This document shows, piece by piece, positions 14,533 to 32,734 of a stretch of 64,000 nt of DNA. The DNA is taken from the NCBI GenBank assembly GCA_046563655.1, contig CM102286.1:4464001-4528000 (forward strand), in the 5' to 3' direction. A program made the position numbers and the translations under genes. The first letter of the stretch is position 1; every line of letters starts with the position of its first letter. The DNA is from Yuukianura sp. NJ FZ-2021 (Eukaryota). The notes below the pieces were generated by a model that was not told the origin of the DNA, did not search any database, and was given only the letters and a program-made list of their open reading frames with translations.

Positions 14533-17500
14533 TTAACCTTCATATTGGGTCAAGTACTCTGAAATCCCAATTCTGTCCCGTTTGAGCCATGCAGAAGCGT
14601 TATGAATCTTTTCCAAACTCTGCGAAATGATTCGTTCACATCCCGGAAAGCTTTGATGTGTTTTGAAGAAATCGGAGATTTCAATTAATTTTTCTTCAGT
14701 ATTGTAGCACTCTATGACTGCTTGAAGTAACTGACTCAGCGATTCGCTTCCCTGAAATGAAAAAAAAACTACGAATTTCTGTTATTGTTGTGATTGCAAC
14801 TGCGACGTACTGGAGGATACCGATGACCAAGAATTGCGTAGCGTTCTTTAAAAAATTCCCAAAGAATGTTCCGACCCAAGGCATTTGATGCCAAAGATTT
14901 GAAAACCAAGATTGTATCTTCTTGATGAACATGATCTGACAATGAAAATTCCAAGACATCACGTAGTACAACCTCATTTCTGCAAAATCCCAAACTCTCT
15001 AAAATGTCTGCCCGATCTTTCCAGTCGTTGATGGATCGAAAACGCTGCAAAATGAAAACACAACATACGATGCCCAAAAGCACTACAAAATTTTGCAAAT
15101 CCGAACTTACCCGAATTACAGACTGAAACGTCGCATGGTCGCCAAAAGTCAAGCCAGCTTTGTAAATCATCGGAACAACTTGCGGTGGAAACTCCTCTCC
15201 AAGCATCAAACTTTCGAATCTTTGCTGTCCTTGTTGCAGACATCCTTCATGACCGCAAATCAGCAGGCGGGAAATTACAATTTTTCGGATCAACTTGTCT
15301 CTATTGCCTGTTTGAAACCAAAAATTTCATCTTGTAAAAAAATGGACTCACGGTTACTTTGTCTGACATACTTTCGTCATCGGGAGCGTTCCATCCAACC
15401 CGTTCATAAGCGTTCTTGTAAACTGCTTTGATGTAATTTTTGTAATTGGCGTAACATACGTCAGTATGTAAAACCAAATCAAGGTCATGGACAACTTCGT
15501 CCACGTACATCCAAATGGGCAAGTTGTCTTCGTCTTCAAATGCTTCCAAGAGACCAAACACCTATCGTTTTTAGAAAAAAAAAGTTTTCAAAAACACAAT
15601 CTTATGCTGAATTGATTTTTTTCTAATTGGAACAATTTGAAATTTTGTTACTTCAATGCTGCTGCTCATTCCAGATTCCGCTAGTGCAAAAGTGTCAGAA
15701 AGCATTCCCAATCTGTCCAATGGCGGCATAGATTTAACTCGAATGGCTTGTCGAAACATGGAGAACATCTCTACTGGATACTTGACGCGATAAAATCCAG
15801 TTAAACCAGGGTTCAACTAAAAAATTTTTCAAATCAAAATTTTTATAAATTATTCCATAAAAACAATGAAAATTATTTTTAAAAAATTATCTTTTTTAAC
15901 CTTGAACCATTCCCCTTGTGCAATTTTAGGCAATCTGAAAGATATGGATCGTTTGTCCAGCAGAACTTCCTTGGCCACATCATATGGATTCGAACTGATA
16001 GAAATTGACACAGGAATAATCCAAAGTGCATTGGGTTTTCCAGTGATAGAACTTGAGTCAGAGCAGAAGACATGTTGATGCATCGTAATCACGCGGGAAT
16101 TGTTTTCATAACGAGCCGAACTAACTCGGACCAGTGGAAATCCCAATTGCTTAGTCCAAGACAGCATCATGCTTGTAATCGGTTTTTCCGTAACGCGTTC
16201 CAGAACTGCGCAGAACTCTTCAGTAGTTGCATTGCCATAAGCATATTTCTTCAAAAATGCGTTCAAAGCCTGTCGAAACTTGTGTTGACCAATGTAGTCC
16301 TTAATCATGCGCAGAACTGCGGCTCCCTTGCTGTACGCCATGCTGTCCAGTACTTCTTTAAGCTCCGATGGTTGCCGAATGGGCACTTCAATGATATGAG
16401 TACTCGTCAGGGCGTCCATTTCTAAAGCCTTGACATTGTGCTCGGCTACAAAGCGCATCCAGACATCGTCGTCTTCGGGTTCCATTACACTAAGGCTAAC
16501 GTATTCCATGAGTCTCGCCAGCGATTCGTACAACCATAAATGTGTCCACCACTTCGGCGTTACCTGATTCAGATCATTTTAAGTCATTGATTGTTTTCGT
16601 TTGTTCAAAATGTGATTCACAAAACTTACAAAATTGCCAAACCATTGCTTAAAGATGACATGCGCCAGCATGGTCACGACACTCCAATGGGTAACACTGT
16701 CCGAGTCAACTTCCATAATATCCCCTTCGTTGATAATAACCAAACCCCAATTTTCACTGGCGACGATACTGGATCTAGTGATTTTCTCCACCAAAATGTC
16801 GAACTTTCGCATTGGGAAAGGAATCATGAGGTACTCCGTGAAGAATGTGATGAGATTATGCACCGTTTCAAAAATGTGCTTTCCCGGAAGTCTCCGCGGA
16901 GGAACATTGGCGTATATTCGGCATGGAATGTCCACATGAACAAATTCTTCGATGTAATTGAAGTGGCCAATGGCAAAAGCCAGCAGGGCAGTTGACATTT
17001 TGGGGGTTGAATCAAATTCAACAACGTGGAGGTCCTTGTCTGTCCGATGCGGAAATGAAACTTTGGTTGCCTGAATTGCAAATTTCAAATTTCAAAAATA
17101 CGCAAATTTATTCTAAAATTTCTTTTTTTATTTTGAACTGAAATGTTGGTTTCTCACCATGTTGGAAACGACAGTCATCGTTTTTGGGAGTATAAAACTC
17201 AAGCGAAAAGTGGCTTTGAAAGACGGTTCATCAAAACATGGAAAGCACTTTCGCGCTTGCGCTGGTAGAAATTTTGTCATGGGATTGAAATGCTGCTTTC
17301 CAAATTCATTTGTGTACTTGGAAGCATAGAAGCCATTTGAGCGCAACTCCTTCAGAAATCCTTTGAAGTTAATCAATAAATTTCCCGGTTTTGCTGGCAA
17401 AGCTGGTTCAAACATTATGTTCAAGCGTTGGTCTGTTGGAATTGGTGTCATGTCTGTTGGATAATGCTCAATAAAAGTGTCATCTTCAGTCCAAACTATT

Positions 17501-17920
17501 TTTGTTGTGGCGAGCCCAGCACAGTTCAATGTGATCGACTCCACCTCGGCTGTAAGCTAAGAAAAACAAAGCAAAATGAGATCAAAATTGCCTGAAGTGG
17601 AATACTGGCCAGTACGGGTATACCTCGCATTGAATCGCCACACATCCTTCGAAAACAAGGGCTTCCAGATCTGGTTTGAGGCAAATCGTATAGTGGACTG
17701 GGACAAAGTTTCTGATCAATTGGAGTTTAGCATCTTCGTGTCCAAATTGGTAGTGATGCTGTGTCAGGAAATATTGGTGGTAGAAATCACCAGCTACAGT
17801 TTTCGCTGGTCGGCAAATGGCTTCGTAAGGAACGCCAGGCGGGAAAACAAATTTTTTAACAGTGTTAGGAACGGTTTTGCGTTTAGAGCAGCGTTCAGCT
17901 TTACTAGCGCGGTGTGCCAT
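14533..17920 (-). CDS. Puromycin-sensitive aminopeptidase-like M1 family protein with a degenerate active site
   Basis: FVPVHYTICLKPDL, ARKCFPCFDEPSFKATF, FDSTPKMSTALLAFAIG, AYSKGAAVLRM, MMLSWTKQLGFP, NPGLTGFYRVKY and an ERAP1-like C-terminal region. GAMEN reads VASEN and HEXXH reads HVIFK. Confidence 0.88.
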
Positions 17921-18493
17921 TTCTTACAAAGTCAACTACGGAGTAAAAATTTCTTGAATTGACAACTTTGTTCCTTCCAAAAACTAAAAAAATTTTTTTG
18001 TGTCGTTCACTTCTCTACAATAATCGTAAAAGTAGTGCAAAATATTTAAACAATGAAACATCCCGAATTGCACAGCACGCTGCTCGGTCACTATGGAAAA
18101 ATCATTTGAAATTTGACAAATGTGTTAAAAAAAATTATGACTCCTTACAATTAGTTTTTCCAACTTTTCCATAAAGTTCATTTTCGTGGTCATGCAAGTC
18201 ACAGTAGTTGGATACTTTAGTTGACCTCCAGTTTTCTGAATGTGAGTGAATTTTTTATTACGTGACATTTCTTTCTCAACAATTTACAATGTTTTACTAT
18301 TGATATTTGTCCGAGATAAAGTTGTTGCTTTTTTTTTCTATGCAAGCCACTTTCGAGTGGATGAAAGTTATCGTTTCTGTACTTCCTAGTGTTATCATAG
18401 CAAACAACTGCAATTCTAAGTCAAGGATTTCCAATTTCCTAGCCTGTAAATTCACTAAACTTAAGCAATTCAGCAATTACAAACTGGAATGAA

Positions 18494-19402
18494 ATGGCGT
18501 TCGGCTATCAACGACTCTACGACGAAGAAGAGGAAAAAGAGAAGGAGATTTCTGAAATTTCCTGGACGCGTCTGCATCATTGCTACTCAAAACTAGCTAC
18601 GACATCGCAAATCGCCTCGCTCATGCTGTTCTTTGCCGTGGTAAGCAGCATCGACCCAGAAATATTTAATTTTAAAGGTTAATTAAAGAAATACTTTAAC
18701 TTATGCTAAGTTGTTTACTAAGTTTGTATTTGTGTTGTCATTTTATAGATTTCGGCGGTAGAACTCAAGTTATCTCAGAACGAAACGAGTGAATTTCTAA
18801 TAATTTCCTTAGTCGTGACAACGTCGCTTCTAGTTGCATCCACAATGCTTGTAAAGACAGTCGCCTGCAGTTTAATACCCTATTTGGAATCTGTTGTTGT
18901 AGTATCACAAGTTGAAGATGTCACTCGATCTCCACATGAACAAATGATCATATTCGTCAACATAACTTGGCTCATAGGAACAATCGTTCTGCCTGCCCTC
19001 TTTGTTGTGGACCTCATCATCATGACATGGATCCAATTCAGATTCTTGGCCCTGGAAGCTGCTTTTGCTGCAACAATCATTCTCCTTCCGCTTCTGATAA
19101 TCATTTTAGCATTTGGAATTGTATTTTTCAAACAAACAATGAAGTCTGATACAGATTGTATTCAACTGTCAAAGGTAAGTGGAGAATACGTGAAGCGTCA
19201 ACAACAACAGTTTGCCAAAAATAGACACGGAAGCGACTGTTTATCGATGTCAACAAGTTCTTCTCTCATCACTTTCAACAGTAGAACGGGAGACTATGAA
19301 GAAAAGTTGACACTTCTTCCACAAAATCCTCTACATATGTACACGTCGTATGGATCGACGGTCCCAAGTAGCATAATGTCACTTTGTGGATTCCTGGACT
19401 AA
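18494..19402 (+). CDS. Divergent Orai (CRAC calcium channel) family protein, two exons (intron 18641-18748)
   Basis: ISWTRLHHCYSKLATTSQIASLMLFFAV|ISAVELKL aligns with Orai TM1 ([33 protein letters not shown]). LIPYLE...SPHEQM...W matches Orai ILPNIE...SPHERM...W; LFVVDLIIMTWIQF matches LFLAEVVLLCWVKF; four hydrophobic segments. Confidence 0.82.
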
Positions 19403-19519
19403 TTTCTATGTCTACCAACACCAACAGGTTTCCGAAACTTATACAAACGCCGTGCTTTGGGTTGAGGCAAGGCTTAACTACCATAATTGTAGTCGCACAA
19501 TGCATCCAATCCACAATTT

Positions 19520-19733
19520 TTAGTGGCTACAATGGGTGGCTACACTACGCCGCCCATTGTTATGTTGCCACTATCTATAGGCTACGTAGATTGTTACCAC
19601 TTATGTGTAGCCACGTAATGTAGCGTCACCGCCATTTTGAGTGGCTACATTGTGCGGCAACTTATGTTGCCAGTTTATCTAGGTTGCGTTAGGTAAGTAG
19701 CTACTTAAGTTGCCACGCATTGTAGTCACTAAA
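19520..19733. repeat. Small foldback/MITE-like repeat built from GTGGCTACA / TGTAGCCAC units
   Basis: TTTAGTGGCTACAATG at the left end and CATTGTAGTCACTAAA at the right end, with repeated GTGGCTACA/GTTGCCAC motifs between, just downstream of the Orai stop. Confidence 0.55.
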
Positions 19734-20457
19734 CTGAGATAATTAGTAGAAAACACGATGATATAAATCCTATTTTGTGTTTCGAATAAACCAGGTACTA
19801 CGCAATATTAAAAAAATTGTTTGAAAGTGAAAAGTGATTCCGAAGTTTTACGTATTTTATTTCTTTACGAAGAGCAACAAAGGTTAGCTATACTAATTTA
19901 CAAAATGCACCCGTATGTGTCAGTAAACGGGAACAATTTAACTTTTTTTTCAAAACAAAGGTCATGTCATGTGAACTCTCATTGTCTTACAACCTACGAC
20001 ACTCAACATAAACTCGTCCATGCAACTAACATTTCCATTGATTCAACGTTTAATTACATTCCGATTAAAAACTTCTCTTAAAATGGGAATTCATTGAGAA
20101 TAACATTAGACCTTACTTTAACGTTGTTACTGCATTTAGTTAATTGCGCCTAAACATATTTGACTAAAACATGACGCACAACGTTCGTTCAAAGTGTAAA
20201 AACAGTTTGAGCCTTGAAGCAAAAGTGAAACAAAAATCTACGTTTGTTTTCAGCAGTAGTAGGCGTGCTAATAAAATTTAAAAGAATTAAATGACTAGTT
20301 GGATTTCCTTGTGAAAGAATCGGTTAGTCTCAATACACAACCAACGGATGACATAGGAAACAAGGAAGTTATTATAAGTTAAAGGTTAAGAAAACATAAT
20401 TTAAATTAACTTCTCGTAATAAGGGTGTTTCACTCTCAACTGTGCGCATGTCTTTCC

Positions 20458-26336
<5,879 letters not shown>

Positions 26337-27290
26337 ATCGTTTGCAAAACTTAATGTTCAGCTAGCAGTAATTCCGCAAATTGCAAACTGGTCACCCACG
26401 TTTTCCTGAAAGATCAAATGATTTTATAAACCAATTAATTTCATACTTCCGTCTTTCCGTGTAAGTGCTCGGTAGTAATAAAATTGCACTATTATGACTG
26501 ACGAGAGTTCGCCTTCACCTAATCACCTAGTCAGCCCACCACTGCACCACAAATTCATCAATTAATTAACAATAATTGACAGCTTTGGCCTCGCTAATTT
26601 TCCTTTAGTTTAGTGTTACCAATCTTTATTTGCCTCTATGACTTACCTTATCGTGAAACTCAATCTACCTTCATGTATCCCATTCCCTTATGAATTTTGG
26701 AAAACGAAAATCGTCTTCTAGAACTTAATAAGGAAGTCCAATTTCGTAAGAGTACAAAAACCGTTGGGTTACAAAATCAGTTTCTTGCAAAAGTGAGTTC
26801 TCAGCGCACAGAATTTTAATTGTTTTGACTTTCTCAATTTGACTTTTTGTTTTTGCTAATAAAAACAAAAAAATTGAATTTGAATTTAGACTTTGGGAAT
26901 TTTTCAAAAATTCCCTCCGCTTCTCACAAGAAGAAAAAGCAACGCCTTTCACTTTCACTTTTGAGAACTTTCACCGCTTTCCAACACTCCGGCTCAAATC
27001 TGTCCAGCAACTCCAAACTAAAACTTATTTAGTTTTAAGTTAGTAATTCAACTTATTTGAGTTAATTTTTACAATATATTTTAAGATATGACCTATTTAT
27101 AAAATACTTACTGGAACTGCTCAGCCCATATTACATGAAATAATTTATCATTTCTTTTCGTACGCGCAAAAAGAAAGTGCATTTTTTTGTTTTCCGATGA
27201 GAATGAAATAAATAATTTATTTAATTAAACAATAAATAAGGATCCGACAATGATTCATGTTGCTTTCACGAAATCAACACTGATTCCTTC

Positions 27291-30208
27291 TTACTTCAAA
27301 TTGGCCTTATGAACCAACTCGGGCATTTTGGCAAACATGTCCACAAGTGGGTTCATGTACTCCGAATTAAACGTTGACACGAACTTTTGCTGATCTTCCA
27401 ACTCCCGCTTAAACTTTTGTCCATCCTGGTCTTCCCCTTTGCCTGCATCACTTGGCAGTCGATTTCCGTACTTTTTGTGGATGACGTTGTCCAGACAAAG
27501 GGCCAACTGAAGTTTCAAGTCCTCAGCATACTTCAAGCAAACGTCCTTCATTTGGCTAAAATGTGGCCAAGCAGATTTAAAAGTTGAGCTCCAGTCCTGG
27601 ATTAGTTTCAGTGGATGAAGTTCTGGACAAAGCTTGCCGGATTTGTTGGCGAGGTCATTGACTTTCTCTTGATACCCTTTAAACTTCGGTTCAATTTCAC
27701 TAAATGGAAACTTCGGTGGTTCGTCAAAGGTTTTTGTTTCGTCATCAAGAGAAGATAGAGCCTTGAGGACGACGCCTTTCATATCTTTCTGATTCGTTTG
27801 GACCCGCGTGATGCTACCGTCATCACCAGTATTGTTTGAATTGTGTTTCATATTTTTACTACTGAAAGCAAAAATTGAAATGTTCCGATCCGATATCCAT
27901 GGCTTGATTTTTTCCACAATTTTTTCGGTGCCTTCGTCGCTTGCACCACGAACGATTACCTCAGGCGAGCTCTTTTCGTTACTAGTGGTTTGCGTAGTCA
28001 TGGTCTTCTTCTTGTAAATTCTTCGGAGTAGGGATTCTTGGGATAAATTTTCGTTTGATGGTTGCGTATCTTCGTTGGAATGGTCCGACTTATTGGGGCT
28101 GTCAACGTTTACTTCCGGTGAGCTCGGTTGTTCGTTACTGGATGTTTGTGTTGTCGTTGTTGTCTTCTTCCTCTTAATTTTTCGGTTAACCGACTCAGTA
28201 TTGGAGGAACTTTCGTTTGATCCTTGCGAATCGTCATTGGATTGGGGTGACCTAGACCGGTCAACATTTTGCAATGCGTCTTCGATGCCAACGTCATCAA
28301 CGTTTGCGTCTGGTGAACTCGGTCCGTCACTAGCGGTTTGCGTAATCTTTATTGTCTTCTTGTTATTAATTTTGCGAATAACGGTTTGTGTTCGGATCCA
28401 ACCTTCGTTTGATCCTTGCTCTTTGGATCGGTGTGGTGGAGCCGTCGTCTGCTCAATTGACGCTTGCGGTGAATCTTCTTTGGGTTTTTCAGCCGAAGTC
28501 TCAGCGGAGGGTGCTTCTGTTGGCGGGTTTGATGGCTCTTCTTCTGGCGGATTTGACGGCTCTTCTACTGACGGCGGATTTGACGGCTCGTCTTCTGGCG
28601 GATTCGGTGGCTGTTCTGTAGATACTTCAGCTGAAGCTTCTTCAGACCGATACGACGGTTGTGTAGGCTCAGCTACTGGTTCATCTGTAGCTTCATCCGT
28701 CGGATGATCCTCATTTGGACACTTCTCTGTCGTCTTTTCGTCACTCTCAGGGTTTTCCGTGGGTTGTTCTACTTCTTCATTTGACTCCGTCTTGCTTTCG
28801 ACCGATTCCTCATCAGACACATACTGATATGTCGTAGTTTCTATTGACAAGTTGGGCGGCTCTGTTGTCACTTCTGGAGAGGCTTCTTTTGATTCTTCAT
28901 TTGAAGGTTTGCGGTATGGAGTCTCTTCTTCCGATTTATATGGCTTCTCTTCTTCATTTGAGCGGGAAACTCCGCTTTCCAGGCGATAAGGCGTCTGTTC
29001 CTGTGATATATATGGAAAAGGATCAGGATGCGCGTTCTCCGTTCTTGTCTCTTCAACAGAATCTGCTCTTGAAGGTTCCGTGGGTTGGTCATTTATGATT
29101 ACAGGAGGATTCGTTGGTTGTACACAGCAAACGGTGGGAGTTTGTGGCGGAGGTTGGCAGCATGATCCGGGCGGATTTGGATTTGCAAGGGCCATGAAAC
29201 TGAGTTCGTCCAAACGTGGTGCGAATATTTTTGAAAGATTGTGTCCTTTGTCGTATCGTTCGTACTGACCGCCTTTCTTCATCATGACGTTGAAAGACAT
29301 TTTGTGGTGTGATACTTCATCGCCATCGTGAGACTCATGACTGAAATGTTCGAAGTTGCCATTTTCGGTATCTGCGGGAGTACCTACACCGGAGCCGTCT
29401 GGTCCGTCGGTACTTTCAACCTTCCCATTGCGTTTGAGGAAATGCAGATAGTTGTTCAACGCATTTATTCGTTTCTTCACATTAGAAATTTCGTGGTGCT
29501 CTGGTTGGGGTTGAATGGTGTCGTCACCAGCGGCATTACTTTGAACGTCAGTTGGATTCGAACCGTCATCAGCGGCATTACTTTGAATTGCATTTGGATT
29601 CGAACCGTCACCAGCGTCGGTATTTCCCAGTTCTGCAGAGCCTGCTACTTTTGCGGGCGTGGTTAAAAGGATTTTTCGTAGACCAGTAAGAGCGACGTTT
29701 CCTTTGCGCTTAAGTTGAGGTACCACTTCTGCAGAGCCTGCTTCTTTGGCGGCCGTGGTTAACAGGAGTTTTCGTAAACCAGAAAGTGCGACGTTTCCTT
29801 TGCGCTTAAGTTGAGGTACCACTTCTGCCACTTCTGCAGAGCCTGCTGCTAGGGGCTCTGCTGGGGGCGTGGGTATGAGGATTTTTCGTAAATTTTTTAA
29901 GCCAGAAATTGCAAAATTTCCTTCGTTTTCATGTTCATGCCGATGATGTCTTCGGTAACTGCCCTTGTGTCTCGGTGCTTAGTGGTTAATAAATAGAGAA
30001 ATCAGTAACAATTTATTGGTTAACATGTAGAATTCAAAAATATTCTGATACATTTTGAAATATAAAATTATGTAACTTTCAAATTTTTACCTAGCGTTCC
30101 GTAGGTGTTGAAGTTGTTCACGTCACTTCTGTGGTCGATTGCTCCCGTTACCAGTAGCATAAATTCGAAGATTAGTAATGGATAAAGTAGAAATTTGTAG
30201 GATGCCAT
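27291..30208 (-). CDS. Secreted low-complexity (Glu/Pro/Ser/Thr-rich) repeat protein, unknown function; two exons
   Basis: Exon 1 encodes signal-peptide-like MASYKFLLYPLLIFEFMLLVTGA. A phase-1 intron (about 29979-30090) joins it in frame to the 846-aa ORF, which has 32-aa repeats, EEPSNPP repeats and a helical Cys-containing C-terminal domain. Confidence 0.75.
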
Positions 30209-30856
30209 GATTGAGGCGACGTACCGTTGTCTATCATGTGTCCGAAAAACTAAATCAAAATGGAATCAACCTACTGAATCATTTCAAATTCCGACATTGT
30301 CTTGCAAATAGTTCCGGGTATGAAGAACAAAAGGTTTACGATTTCGTATAAAATCGAATGAACTAAATTTGAAATGGGCCAAGCACTTAAGTTTAAATTA
30401 CTAATCCAACACTTAGATTGTTTTTTAAATTCTTCCTGCTTTCTCTTTGCTCAACCTACATTTTTGCAATCATAAAAAAGTCAGGAATTTGTTTTTGAAA
30501 TGTTGAAATATGAAAAAAAAAACAGAAAGATTCATTTTGATTCGCTTAAAACTTTGAATTCTTTGATGTCGACGATTTATGTCGGCTTCTTGTATGAACT
30601 TTCGAAACTTTGTTCTCGTTTTTTTTAATAGACACAATTTGAATGAAAATTTAGAAAGACGAGAAGCAACTGATGACTTCTTGGCCTAAGCAACGAGAAA
30701 AATTTATCTCACCCAAAGGTCAAGCGCTTCTTAGTTTCGAAGCGCATTTATCGTCTGAAAACATTAACATTGACCTCTTTTAATTAAAGTTAAAGTTAAG
30801 CTAATCTAAAGTCACAAAATGTTTGTTTTTGGTTAGAAGACCGTTGAGAAGAGTAA

Positions 30857-32303
30857 ATGAATTTACTGCTCAAGATGGACTGGAAGAGAAACGTCTTTGA
30901 GCTTTCCCTTCTTGCTGTCATAATTTTGCAATTTTGTTATATTTTTCAAAATTACGAAAGCATTGGTGATGGCGCTTGCGTTGAAGGTGAAGGCCACCAT
31001 TTCACTAAGCGCAGCGTTAATTCAGTGCCAGCGGATAGGACATGTCCACCGGGTAAATTAGTAAAATAATAATATGAATGTTACCAAAATTTTAGAATTA
31101 TGTTAATGTTTTCGCGGTGTTTCAGGATGCCGTCGTATTATAAAACGACCACAACCTCCTATGCAAGCGGAACAAAGGATACATTCATATTCGTATTTCT
31201 CGGACAATAGAAGGTCAAGACTCCCTGACAGAAATCGGGCGGTAAGATTTGACAATTTCAGGAAAAGAAAACTAACTTTTTCAATATTTTTTTCAATATG
31301 CTCGGTTTCGAACTTCAGAGCAATCCTTTGAACGGATCACCCGGCCTTCCAGGTATCAGTGGCGAACCAGGGCTTACGGTAATATTTTGTGTTTTCTGAA
31401 ATTTCTTTGTTCAAAATTTCAAGCTTTTAAAAGTTGTGAGTCATGCAAACAATTTTTAGGGGGAGCGTGGGGCTAGCGGACTTCCGGGTTTGCCAGTAAG
31501 ACTTCTAAAAGTTCAGAATTGGAATTTTCAAAATCAAATTCATTATTTGGCTGCATAACAGAAATAGAATTTAAAGTTATTTGTGTGTAATAGAATTGAT
31601 TGTACCGTAATACTATTTTAAAAAAATTCAGGGTGAACGTGGACAGAGCGGTTTAGCTGGAGCGCCTGGCATGAGCGGGATTCCGGTATTCAATGTTTTT
31701 TATAATAAAAAAAATTATTTTCCCCAATTTCCTTCTGTTAAAAAATGTTATTTCTATTTTCTTAGGGTGAGCGAGGACATGCCGGACTTCCAGGAATTCG
31801 CGGGCCTCCAGTATAATCCAAAAAACAATAAAAGTTTTGAAAAGCATTATATTGATGTGTAAGAAAATGTTAATTTGCGATTGAAATCATTAGGGAGAGC
31901 CTGGAAGCCGTGGACGAATGGGCGAACGTGGCCGCGATGGCGAAGCTGGACTGCCTGTAAATTTTTATTGGAGTGATTTTCGCTGCTAAATGTATCAATA
32001 ATTTGGATGATAACTTTATTTACATTTACAAAGGGACCAAGTCCACCTAACTACCAAGTCGCCGGCAGAGGACACCAAGAGCGAAACGATGTTTCCAGCG
32101 ATTTTCAAAACTATCCAAGAATGGAAGTGAAGGAATTGAAAGTGGCCCAGGCACTACAGACGCTTAAATTGTACTCAAATCCCAACTGTATTGACGACCC
32201 CAATCACCACAACGTTATGAATCGCCTTCAAGACAAGGGGACAGTGTCGCTCATGATACTCGTCGACTTAAGTCAAAACGTGTTTTGTATACTTCATAGT
32301 TAA
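30857..32303 (+). CDS. Short type II membrane (MACIT-like) collagen with about 28 Gly-X-Y triplets
   Basis: N-terminal hydrophobic anchor, furin-like HFTKR|S site and CPPG, then phase-0 Gly-X-Y exons of 36, 54, 45 and 63 bp (GERGASGLPGLP; GERGQSGLAGAPGMSGIP; GERGHAGLPGIRGPP; GEPGSRGRMGERGRDGEAGLP). The 3' end is less certain. Confidence 0.75.
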
Positions 32304-32392
32304 CTAAACGTAAACATTAGTATTGTAACTGGAGTTAGTAAAACGAATGATAGATCTTGAATTTGGATTTCTATACTTTCCTTAGGAATAGC

Positions 32393-32406
32393 GTCGTCAT
32401 GGAAAC
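32393..32406 (+). promoter_or_regulatory. RFX X-box upstream of ZMYND10
   Basis: GTCGTCATGGAAAC matches the X-box consensus GTHNYYATRRNAAC, about 330 bp upstream of the ATG of a ciliary gene. Confidence 0.6.
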
Positions 32407-32734
32407 CAGTATCTTCTTTTTTGTTTAGTTGGTACCGTAACTCCGTGAAAAACCTTTTCGTTGCTGCTGATTGCTCTTCATTTTTGTCTGTTTTTGTGAA
32501 CCTGGATGAATCAATTTCTAAGTTACTGTCAACTTATTGGGAAAACCTGCTCATTGTCAGTACTCTTTATATTAGAAAAACTTGACTTTTCGCGCTTTGT
32601 TGAAGCGAAACTGTTTAATCAATATCCTCATCCAGGAATCAGTGAGTTTCCAAATCAGATTATCAATTTCACAAATATTGAAATTTTTCAAAATTACGAA
32701 AGTAACTGAATCTCTCATTTCCAGGTAGAAAAAG

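Noticed and set aside
28075..28707. 210-aa plus-strand ORF
   Set aside because: Antisense shadow of the low-complexity repeat region of the secreted protein gene.
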